Source: Promethearchaeati archaeon (GTDB lineage: Archaea > Asgardarchaeota > Heimdallarchaeia > JABLTI01). Taken from it: a stretch of DNA of 32,177 nt. The first letter of the stretch is position 1. Every line of letters starts with the position of its first letter. Below, one piece after another: positions 1 through 8,570 of the stretch. A program made the position numbers and the translations under genes. The notes below the pieces were generated by a model. That model was not told where the DNA came from, searched no databases, and was given only the letters and a program-made list of their open reading frames with translations. Location: the NCBI GenBank assembly GCA_013166835.1, contig JABLTI010000020.1:1-32177 (forward strand), written 5' to 3'.

Positions 1-1571
1 CCATTATAATCTTCTGTAGTGATGATGGAGATACCTGGTAAATCATCGTTATTGTTATCTAGATATTTCTTAGCAGCAGTATACCTCAGTATTTGCAAGT
101 AAGTTTTTGGTTCATCTAACTCATTATATGGTTGTGATAAAATTATAATTTCATTAAAAGTATCATCATCCATATCCGCAACTTCTACAGCATGAATTTT
201 TACTACTTTTTCACCAAAGATATCTGTAGGATCATAGGGAGAATCAAAATCATCATTAAATTCATCTTTACCTGAATCATAATATAAAATCAATAATTGA
301 CCCTTTTGATCACTACAGACAATTTCCGCTTCTGAGTCATTATCCGGGTTTCCTATTGTTATATAACCCGTTAATCCTGGGGTATGGATATAAACATATT
401 TTGACTGATCAAAATCCTTTGTGACATCATTCCAATCTGAAAAACGCAATAATCGACTATCTTCTCCACAAACATAGAGTTCTTCTTCACTGTTTCCATC
501 AAAATCATATGCAGCGATTCCTTTCACCTGAAAGAGTTTACTTTGATGACCAGTGGTCCATGAAGACCAAATCCTTGTCATCTCTCCATCTAAGAAATCA
601 TAGATTGCCAACAAGTAATCCCCATTCTCATCTGTTTCATTAGAACTGACTATTATTTCTAAATCGCCATTACTATCAACATCCATTGTCCCCATAAATA
701 CTCCATTATTTATTCCAATAACATCAGATTTTATGTTAGTGTTTTCTTCAATTACATAATCAGCATAAAAATCGGGTAACCCTGTATCTTTTCCTATATA
801 GATATCTCCAAGAAATCCAGCATTCGATCGTATTTCTGAAGGAGTTGAACTAACATAAGGCCAAGAAATCTCTTCATTAAACGAATCATAGCTTTCAAAT
901 GCTTCAAACCCAATCCCGGTAATATTTCCGGGTAATATTCCTAATATTGCTAGAGGAACTCTAATTTCATATTGTCTATGAGAAGTAGGTTCAAAATATG
1001 ATTCATTGTATGCAGTATTCATTAAAATTTGTGATCCTGCTAAGGGTATACCAGGAGAATTTGATTCGATCTCTATCCAAGTTTTTGTTGAATCACTAAA
1101 ATAACTATAATAAACAGTAGCTCCAGGATCAGCTTTCAGAATTATTGCCCTATCATTACTTGTAAAAACACCATTCTGATCTCTATCAATATAGATTGCT
1201 GCACCCCAAATAGTTACAGGTGTTTCTGTTTGAAAATTCACCATATCTAGTCCTATGTACAAATTAGTATTATCGTTTTGCAACAGAATTTTCGAATCGA
1301 AATTTTCATCAAAATCAAACATACTATAAACTGCTGCTGCAGACCACTCAGTTGCTAAAGAGCTTGAATTAAAAATTATTTTGCCATCTATTGTTGGACT
1401 GGCGTCATTCCATAAAGAGAAAATTTCAGTTGGTGTTGCTTGATTTGTATGGGCTGAGCCATAATCTATTGGATTAAGGTGATTCACATAAAGCGTAATA
1501 ACTAACATTAATACAAGTAAAATAAGTTTAGATATTTGTTTCTTGCTAATCTTAATTGATCTTTTAAACAC
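1..1571 (-). CDS. Secreted protein with DOMON/CBM9-like domain and FG-GAP/VCBS-like repeats (partial, runs off the window start)
   Basis: Not in the ORF track; translated by hand from GTG at 1571 (AAAGGGGG upstream) and open to position 1. It has a basic plus hydrophobic N-terminus (MFKRSIKISKKQISKLILLVLMLVITLYV), then PTIDG..EW and YEIRVPL motifs, then Ca-binding repeats DVDSNGDLEIIV, YDFDGNSEEELYV, GNPDNDSEAEIVC and ADMDDDTFNEIII. Confidence 0.8.
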   Translation of the reverse strand, partial: MFKRSIKISKKQISKLILLVLMLVITLYVNHLNPIDYGSAHTNQATPTEIFSLWNDASPTIDGKIIFNSSSLATEWSAAAVYSMFDFDENFDSKILLQNDNTNLYIGLDMVNFQTETPVTIWGAAIYIDRDQNGVFTSNDRAIILKADPGATVYYSYFSDSTKTWIEIESNSPGIPLAGSQILMNTAYNESYFEPTSHRQYEIRVPLAILGILPGNITGIGFEAFESYDSFNEEISWPYVSSTPSEIRSNAGFLGDIYIGKDTGLPDFYADYVIEENTNIKSDVIGINNGVFMGTMDVDSNGDLEIIVSSNETDENGDYLLAIYDFLDGEMTRIWSSWTTGHQSKLFQVKGIAAYDFDGNSEEELYVCGEDSRLLRFSDWNDVTKDFDQSKYVYIHTPGLTGYITIGNPDNDSEAEIVCSDQKGQLLILYYDSGKDEFNDDFDSPYDPTDIFGEKVVKIHAVEVADMDDDTFNEIIILSQPYNELDEPKTYLQILRYTAAKKYLDNNNDDLPGISIITTEDYN

Positions 1572-1827
1572 CAGTAAATCCCCCTTTCGTTAAATGGAAA
1601 GTACCTCTATTTAAAAGACAATTCTTTATTTACTAGTCTAAGATATATATAGGGAACTATTTTAAAAACAAAATGATTGTGGCAAAATCCATCAAACACT
1701 TATTGAAAAAAGAAAAAATAACATTTTCGGACATATTGTTTTAGTCGATTTGCCTTAAGAAAAAGAATATTATCTATAAAGCAATAAAATGATGCTAGAG
1801 AAAAGAAAATAATATCTAATTTAGGCT

Positions 1828-3999
1828 TTGGGTGCTTATTATATGCCGAGAGAATTGAAGCTGTTAAGAAAGAATTATTCAGAAATACAAAAGAACGAAA
1901 TTTTCCAAGCTATTCGTAGTATTCGTAATAATATTGACTTAAAAAGTGATGAGAAAGAAACTGTTGAATTTGCGGAATTATTATTTCTATTGTTAGAGCA
2001 TTTTAACAAAACAAGTGATTATAACAGTGCAAGAATCATACTTAATCAACTAGTTGAAGTTGCTTGGTGGGCACAAGAAGAATTAACAATAATTGATTTT
2101 CTTTCTCAAGGAATTTACAAAATTCTTATGGATAGTAATTCTGCACGAGGAGAAGATAGAACTAATCTCTTTAGTGATTTTATAGATATTATTGCCAGAT
2201 TTCCAGAGAATCGAAAAATTTATTCTGCAATATCTCGAGCAGCTATTGAGCTAATCAAATGGGGAACTGATAAAGAAATTATTAAGATTCTTGAAATCAT
2301 GAATCAAAAATCAGCTGTTTTCCCGCTTGTAGAATCCATACAAATTCTTGATGCTAAGGTTTTCATGAGCATCCTCTTTTATCTCGAAGAACAAAATTGT
2401 AAAACTATTAAATTTATTTACAATAAATTCAGTAGCTTTGCTATCAGTAATTTTGAAGAAGAGCAGGATGGTGGAACTGCGAGAATTTCTACTGTTTTAC
2501 TCGGTGAAGAAGTTAATGAGATTTTACAGGAAGGAGCTATTAATGCAATCATTAACATGGCTCGAGTAAATAGTAAAAATGAGTGTGAAGAATGTTTACT
2601 CGGGATTAGAAGAGTAATTCAAGATTCAGAATATCTTCTCCGAAAAGATGGAAAAGAATTTTTCAGAGATATTTATCGATTAAGTTACACTTTGGATCAA
2701 TACAAATTATGGGATCACTTCCTTGATTTACAATTAATTAAGGATCTTAAAATAGAGAGAGATAATGATGAAAAGTATCATATGGCTGAGAAAAAGCTCT
2801 TTACCATCCAAAAAACTATGCGGATAGAAGAATATGATTCTTTGAAAAGCAGGAGAAGAGGATTAAGACTTGCTTATGATTTGGAAGATCTTAATGATCT
2901 TGAAATGATAATTACTGAAATCACTAAGCAAAAGCTTCCAGAATTACAACCAGTAAATTTAGTAGCAGAAATTGATGCAATAATCGATGATGATGAGTTA
3001 TTAAAAGAACATCTGCGAGAAATTGGAGAGATTCCACAAGATAGACAAAGTCTTGATGAAATGCAAGATCAAATTACAAAAAGCGATGATGTGACTGTAC
3101 CTGCTACTAAAGAAGATAAAATTGAAGAGCAAATTGAATTCTTAAGACAACTCGAACTGGAAAATGATAGATATTTAATGAATCAGATGGCGCATGCGAA
3201 AGGTTTGATCCTTGCTGTTGGAATGTTTGGTTTCTATAGTCCAACACTTAATATAACACCAGAAGAAATTCTCTCTCATTTAGAAAACATATGCGAACAG
3301 AATATGATAATTGAATTAGTTGAACCATTAGTTAGAGCAGTAACACTACGAGCTGCTCGTTTTGATCATCATGCAGCTAATATTCTACTGGAATTGCTTA
3401 ATAGTAAAGGACAAAAATTTCTGACAAAGCATTACAAGTTATACAATTTCATTGACAATCTTGTAAGATTAATTAGTTATTTAGGAAGAACAGGTAAGAA
3501 AGAAGTTTTAATTAAGATAAAAAGTGAATTAGAAGAAGCAAATCGTCTAAGTTTAGATGATGAAACAATTCCACTTAAAATTGCCAGAGCTATAAATGAA
3601 GCTATTCTCTCATATTCTGCTGAAGATGAGCTACAAAAGATTGAGCTTTTGGAATTAGTTAGGGAATTAGCAAAAAGACATTCCTATAACTCAGATTTGC
3701 AAGTGAAATTTGTTGAAGGTCTTAATTTCTTAATCCTCGATTCAGGATTTTCAGATATAAAAATAACAATTCCTCTCATAGAGGAACTGATCGAATTTGC
3801 AAGATCATATCGAAATAACCAGCAAATAGAAGAAAAAGCTGCTCTTGGAATCTTATGGGGAATTGCTTTAGCAAAAATCAACAATCAAACAGGCAAATTG
3901 GATTCCTATAGAAAAGAAATCGATTTCATATCATCAAATTATCCTGAAAGCAATTATCTCAGAAAAATACAAGCTCTAACAGATGTTATACTAAAATAA
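1828..3999 (+). CDS. Hypothetical alpha-helical repeat (HEAT/ARM-like solenoid) protein
   Basis: 723-aa ORF, Leu/Ile/Glu-rich, with degenerate helical repeats and no recognisable catalytic motif. Likely start is ATG 1843. Confidence 0.65.
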   Translation: MGAYYMPRELKLLRKNYSEIQKNEIFQAIRSIRNNIDLKSDEKETVEFAELLFLLLEHFNKTSDYNSARIILNQLVEVAWWAQEELTIIDFLSQGIYKILMDSNSARGEDRTNLFSDFIDIIARFPENRKIYSAISRAAIELIKWGTDKEIIKILEIMNQKSAVFPLVESIQILDAKVFMSILFYLEEQNCKTIKFIYNKFSSFAISNFEEEQDGGTARISTVLLGEEVNEILQEGAINAIINMARVNSKNECEECLLGIRRVIQDSEYLLRKDGKEFFRDIYRLSYTLDQYKLWDHFLDLQLIKDLKIERDNDEKYHMAEKKLFTIQKTMRIEEYDSLKSRRRGLRLAYDLEDLNDLEMIITEITKQKLPELQPVNLVAEIDAIIDDDELLKEHLREIGEIPQDRQSLDEMQDQITKSDDVTVPATKEDKIEEQIEFLRQLELENDRYLMNQMAHAKGLILAVGMFGFYSPTLNITPEEILSHLENICEQNMIIELVEPLVRAVTLRAARFDHHAANILLELLNSKGQKFLTKHYKLYNFIDNLVRLISYLGRTGKKEVLIKIKSELEEANRLSLDDETIPLKIARAINEAILSYSAEDELQKIELLELVRELAKRHSYNSDLQVKFVEGLNFLILDSGFSDIKITIPLIEELIEFARSYRNNQQIEEKAALGILWGIALAKINNQTGKLDSYRKEIDFISSNYPESNYLRKIQALTDVILK

Positions 4000-4334
4000 T
4001 CGGCTAAAGATTTATGTTAACATAAAATCATTTTTTCGAGCAGTTAGCTTTTCATTCTGATAGCTTTGAATAAACAATTACACCATTTTTACTTAGCTAT
4101 TTGTCTAATTAAATTGTCTATAGTAAATTCTTGAATAAACTTATTAATAACATTGGTTTATTATATGCGATGGTTTGGTCGTAAAATATTTATAATATTT
4201 ATGGGATTCAAAAAACCAAGGTTCATTTTTTTGCGTAAGTGAACTAACATACCATCATCACAATGATTACATCTATTTAAAGAAGTAGAATATCGCTACT
4301 AGCATAGATAAAAAAAGAATTGGAGAATAGATAA

Positions 4335-5489
4335 ATGATTAATCCACATGGTGGTAAGCTAATTGATAGAGTTGTTTCAGAAAAGAAACGAGAAAAAATC
4401 CTTAGAGAGTACAAAGAGCTCCCTCAACTAAAGATTTCTAACGAAACAATTGAGGACATAAACAATATTTCTCATGGAGTGTTCAGCCCCCTTAAGGGAT
4501 TCATGGGTGAAGAAGACATTGATTCCATAATCAAAAATGATCGACTTGCTAATAATCTTCCCTGGACAATACCAATTACGTTAAATGTATCTAAGAAAGT
4601 TGCAGATCAATACTCCAAAGGAGAAGAAATAGCAGTAATTAATGGTGAACAGAAAATAATTGCTATTCTACATCTTGAAGAGAAATTTCCTTACAAGAAA
4701 AAAGAAGTAGCTGAAAGCGTTTTTCAAACTCTAGATATGGAACATCCAGGCGTAACCAATGTTATGAATTCCCAAGATATTCTATTATCAGGAGAAGTTG
4801 ATCTTATAAACACTGATATTAAACGATTTAAAGAATACACGTTCTATCCTAAAGAAACAAGAAAAATATTCAAAGAGAAGAAATGGAAAACTGTAGTGGG
4901 ATTCCAAACAAGAAATGTGCCACATTTAGGGCACGAATATGTACAAAAAGCAGCGTTAACTTTAGTAGATGGATTATTTGTTAATCCGATCATAGGGAAG
5001 AAAAAGAAAGATGATTTCTTGGATCCAGTGATTTTAGGATCGTATAATATTCTGTTGGAGAATTATTATCCAAAAGAAAAAGCTACAATGGGCATTTTAA
5101 GAACAAGGATGCGTTACGGTGGACCTAAAGAAGCGATCTTTCATTCAATTATGCGTAAGAATTTTGGTTGTAGCCATTTTATTGTTGGACGAGATCATGC
5201 TGGTGTTGGTGATTTTTACGGACCATTCGATGCCCATGGTATCTTTGAGAAATTCGATGATTTAGAGATCCAACCTATTTGCTTCAGATCTTTTTATATT
5301 TGCGAAAAGTGTTCTGGTGTCGTCTCTGATAATGTCTGTCCTCACGATGGTACTGAGTATCAGAAATTTATTAGTGGTAAGAAAATACGCACTATGATTA
5401 TGAATAAAGAATTAGATAATTTAGGAGAATACATGCGACCAGAGGTTGCCCAGTATTTGATTGAACAAAAAGATTTGTTTGTTAAATAA
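4335..5489 (+). CDS. sat: Sulfate adenylyltransferase (ATP sulfurylase)
   Basis: PHGG N-terminus, FQTRN-HLGH, MRYGGPKEA, VGRDHAGVG, and CxxC..CPH zinc site. GGAGA RBS. Confidence 0.97.
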   Translation: MINPHGGKLIDRVVSEKKREKILREYKELPQLKISNETIEDINNISHGVFSPLKGFMGEEDIDSIIKNDRLANNLPWTIPITLNVSKKVADQYSKGEEIAVINGEQKIIAILHLEEKFPYKKKEVAESVFQTLDMEHPGVTNVMNSQDILLSGEVDLINTDIKRFKEYTFYPKETRKIFKEKKWKTVVGFQTRNVPHLGHEYVQKAALTLVDGLFVNPIIGKKKKDDFLDPVILGSYNILLENYYPKEKATMGILRTRMRYGGPKEAIFHSIMRKNFGCSHFIVGRDHAGVGDFYGPFDAHGIFEKFDDLEIQPICFRSFYICEKCSGVVSDNVCPHDGTEYQKFISGKKIRTMIMNKELDNLGEYMRPEVAQYLIEQKDLFVK

Positions 5490-5507
5490 TTAAAGATGTG
5501 ATTAAAT

Positions 5508-6056
5508 ATGAATGACCCCGGTTTTGTTGTATGGTTTACTGGTTTATCCGGCTCAGGAAAAACGACTTTAGGAGTTGTTTTAGAGAAAGAATTGTTGAAA
5601 CGTAATTTACGCGTTCAAAGACTTGATGGTGACATTGTAAGAAAATCTCTCACAAAAGACTTAGGTTTTTCAGAAGAAGATCGTAAGAAGAACATAGAAC
5701 GAATTACCTTTGTCACACGTTTACTTGCTAAACATGGAGTTGCTACCTTAGTCTCTTTCATTTCACCCTATATATCAGTCAGAGATAATGCAAGAAAAGA
5801 AGTAAACGAAGAAAGTGCAAAATTCGTTGAAGTCTTTGTGAAAGCCTCTGTAGAGGAATGCGCTAGAAGGGATGTTAAGGGTTTATACGAAAAAGCATTT
5901 GCTGGTGAAATCAAAAATTTTACTGGTGTAAGTCATCCCTACGAAGAACCTCCTAAATCCGAACTAGTTTGTGATACTGAAAATGAAACTGTTGAAGAAA
6001 GTGTTCTGATTATTTTAGAATATCTTGAGAAAGAGAAAATAATTCCAAAATCGTAA
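5508..6056 (+). CDS. cysC: Adenylyl-sulfate kinase
   Basis: WFTGLSGSGKTT, LDGD, DLGFSEEDR, ISPY, RDVKGLY and FTGVSHPYEEP motifs. Starts 18 bp after sat. Confidence 0.97.
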   Translation: MNDPGFVVWFTGLSGSGKTTLGVVLEKELLKRNLRVQRLDGDIVRKSLTKDLGFSEEDRKKNIERITFVTRLLAKHGVATLVSFISPYISVRDNARKEVNEESAKFVEVFVKASVEECARRDVKGLYEKAFAGEIKNFTGVSHPYEEPPKSELVCDTENETVEESVLIILEYLEKEKIIPKS

Positions 6057-6065
6057 TCATAATCC

Positions 6066-6092
6066 ATTTTCTCTTTTTATCATCTTTTTTTT
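6066..6092 (+). terminator. Putative archaeal oligo-T terminator after cysC
   Basis: T-rich tracts (TTTTCTCTTTTTATCATCTTTTTTTT) directly after the stop codon. Confidence 0.4.
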
Positions 6093-6176
6093 AGTAAAAT
6101 TTAATAGCTTCCTTGTTATTTCTTGTATAATCGGTTTGGCATTTACCGAGAGTACATTATATTGAGGCTCATCAAT

Positions 6177-7298
6177 ATGAAAGATCATTGGATAGTCAAT
6201 AAGATACCACTAGCTGGCTCTTCAATAAGTAATATTCTTAGATTGTTAATCCAGAATAAATTGAGAGTACATCCAAAATATTGGCTGCGTTTAGCTTATG
6301 CTTGGACTTTAAGTAGTGCTACAATGTTTATGCGTTTTGTTGAGAGACTTAGTTTCAATAGAAAAATCAACAAACATCAGTTAAAAGAAGATCCGATTTT
6401 CATAATAGGTCATTGGCGTAGTGGAACAACCTATATGCATTATCTTTTTGCACAAGATGAAAGCAAAGGACTATGTTCCAATATTGAAGTTTATGCACCA
6501 CATTACTTCATGGCTTTTCCTAAATTCACTAGAAAATTGATTGAATTCTCTTTGCCTGAAACCCGGCCAATGGATGAAATAAAGATTAATGCTGACTTAC
6601 CTGGTGAAGAAGAACATTCTATGGGAGCATATCACAAATACGGTTTCTTTCATAGTATGATTTTTCCAAGAAACTTCAAAACCTATGCTAGTTACAAATC
6701 TTTCGACAATGCAAAGCCTCGAGATTTGAAAAAATGGAAGAAGAAATATCAATTCTTTCTTAGGAAACTCTCAATTAGGAACAGAGACAGGAAGCTTGTT
6801 TTAAAGAATCCTGCAAATACCTATCGAGTAAAACATCTCCTTGAAATGTATCCTAACGCTAAATTCATTCACCTGTATAGAAATCCGTATGAAATTTATT
6901 CATCGACAATCAAGTTTCACAACGATACAATTAAGGTATTTACCCTACAAACTTGGGATTATGAGGAGTTAAAACAAAATGTTCTTGATATCTACAAAGA
7001 ACTCTATGTAGATTTTGATGAAAAGATAAAAGACGTTCCCAAAGAGAATTGGCTTGATATAAAGTATGAAGACTTCATTAGAGAACCTATGAAGACTATG
7101 GAGAAAGTCTACAAGGATCTAAAAATCGATGGATGGGATGAATATCAAGAAGCAATTCAAACTTTCAATGAAGAACAAAGAAAATACAAACTGGTAACCT
7201 ATACTCACTCAGATGAATTAATCAATACAATCAATGAGGATTGTAGCTTTATACTCAAGAAATTTGGTTATGAGAAACTTGAAACTAAGGGCAAATAA
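6177..7298 (+). CDS. PAPS-dependent sulfotransferase (Sulfotransfer_3 / mycobacterial Stf3-like)
   Basis: PIFIIGHWRSGTT (5'-PSB loop), RPMD, LKNP, AKFIHLYRNPY (3'-PB) and IKYEDF. Likely start ATG 6177 (ORF track begins at 6123). Confidence 0.92.
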   Translation: MKDHWIVNKIPLAGSSISNILRLLIQNKLRVHPKYWLRLAYAWTLSSATMFMRFVERLSFNRKINKHQLKEDPIFIIGHWRSGTTYMHYLFAQDESKGLCSNIEVYAPHYFMAFPKFTRKLIEFSLPETRPMDEIKINADLPGEEEHSMGAYHKYGFFHSMIFPRNFKTYASYKSFDNAKPRDLKKWKKKYQFFLRKLSIRNRDRKLVLKNPANTYRVKHLLEMYPNAKFIHLYRNPYEIYSSTIKFHNDTIKVFTLQTWDYEELKQNVLDIYKELYVDFDEKIKDVPKENWLDIKYEDFIREPMKTMEKVYKDLKIDGWDEYQEAIQTFNEEQRKYKLVTYTHSDELINTINEDCSFILKKFGYEKLETKGK

Positions 7299-7345
7299 TT
7301 GCCTTTTACACTAATCATTATTATTGCAGTAAGATTAATAACTGC

Positions 7346-7353
7346 TTTATAAA
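7346..7353 (+). promoter_or_regulatory. Candidate TATA box for second sulfotransferase
   Basis: TTTATAAA about 50 bp upstream of ATG 7399, with AGGTGG RBS in between. Confidence 0.4.
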
Positions 7354-7398
7354 AATCAAACATGATTGGTAGAATATAACCTTTTACAGGTGGATTCA

Positions 7399-8556
7399 AT
7401 GGGCAAAAAACAGGAGAAAAAACCAAAAAAAAATAGAACTCATTTAGTTGTGAAAGAAGAACCACTAGCAGGTATGTCTTCTATCAATATCTGGCGTTTA
7501 TTATTTCAGAATAGATTTAGAATTCATCCAAAATATTGGTTACGCTTCTGGTATGCCATTTTTCTGAGCTCAGTTATGACTCCTCTAAGAGTTCTTGAAG
7601 CGTTGAGATTCAAACGTAAGATTAAGAAAACAAAAATCATCCAAGATCCTTTATTCGTTATAGGTCATTATCGAACAGGTACAACATATCTAATGACTAC
7701 TTTAGCTTTAGATAAGAGTAAAGGCTATGTTTCTAACTTAGAAGGATATGCTCCTCATTATTTCTTAGGTGCTGAAAAAATAATTACAAAAATTCTTGAT
7801 GCCTCTTTGCCAGCGACACGTCCAATGGATAATGTGCCAATGGGTTCCTCTGAACCAACAGAAGAAGAATATTCCTTAGGAGCTATGCATAAATATGGTT
7901 ATTATAATGGTTTCATTTTTCCAAGAAATTTCAAATTGTATTCCAAATACAATTCATTTGATCAATGCTCAGAGAAAGATGCTGAGAAATGGCAGAAAGT
8001 TTTTTGGTTTTTCTTGCAGAAAATGACTTTGAAATACAATGGAAAAATGCTTATTCTAAAAAATCCTGCGAATACTTATCGGTTAAAGTATTTGCTTAAA
8101 ATGTATCCCAATGCAAAATTCATCCACATGTATAGGAATCCCTATTTGATGTATGCTTCTTCTGTAAGATTTTTCAGAGAAGTCTTTGCCATTTATGCTC
8201 TACAAACTTGGAAAGATGAAGATTTGCAACAAGGAATTCTAGACAATGTCAAAGAAATGTATGAGAAGCTAGATGTCGATAGAGCTCTCATTCCAAAAGA
8301 AAATATCATTGATATCAAATATGAGGATCTAATCAAAGAACCAATGAAACAATTCGAACGAATTTACAAAGAACTAAAAATTGATGGCTGGGAAGAAGTC
8401 AAAAAAGACATCAAAGCATACACTGATTCTCAAAAATCATACAAACCAAATAAATGGAATATATCAGATGATTATATCAAAAAAGTCAATAAGCACTGGG
8501 ATTTCATAAGAGAGCAACATGGTTACGAAAGAATAGAACCAAAAAACAAAAAATAA
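7399..8556 (+). CDS. PAPS-dependent sulfotransferase (Stf3-like), tandem paralogue
   Basis: PLFVIGHYRTGTT, RPMDN, LKNPANTYR, HMYRNPY and IKYEDL; colinear with the upstream paralogue. Likely start ATG 7399 (ORF track begins at 7366). Confidence 0.92.
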   Translation: MGKKQEKKPKKNRTHLVVKEEPLAGMSSINIWRLLFQNRFRIHPKYWLRFWYAIFLSSVMTPLRVLEALRFKRKIKKTKIIQDPLFVIGHYRTGTTYLMTTLALDKSKGYVSNLEGYAPHYFLGAEKIITKILDASLPATRPMDNVPMGSSEPTEEEYSLGAMHKYGYYNGFIFPRNFKLYSKYNSFDQCSEKDAEKWQKVFWFFLQKMTLKYNGKMLILKNPANTYRLKYLLKMYPNAKFIHMYRNPYLMYASSVRFFREVFAIYALQTWKDEDLQQGILDNVKEMYEKLDVDRALIPKENIIDIKYEDLIKEPMKQFERIYKELKIDGWEEVKKDIKAYTDSQKSYKPNKWNISDDYIKKVNKHWDFIREQHGYERIEPKNKK

Positions 8557-8570
8557 GAAAATGAAAGGAA

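Noticed and set aside
4184-4200. Inverted repeat AAATATT-TAT-AATATTT upstream of sat
   Set aside because: It is short and A/T-only in AT-rich DNA, so it is expected by chance, although it overlaps a possible TATA box.
4335-6056. Dissimilatory sulfate reduction locus
   Set aside because: No aprAB, dsr or qmo genes are in the window. CysC and sulfotransferases point to PAPS use instead.
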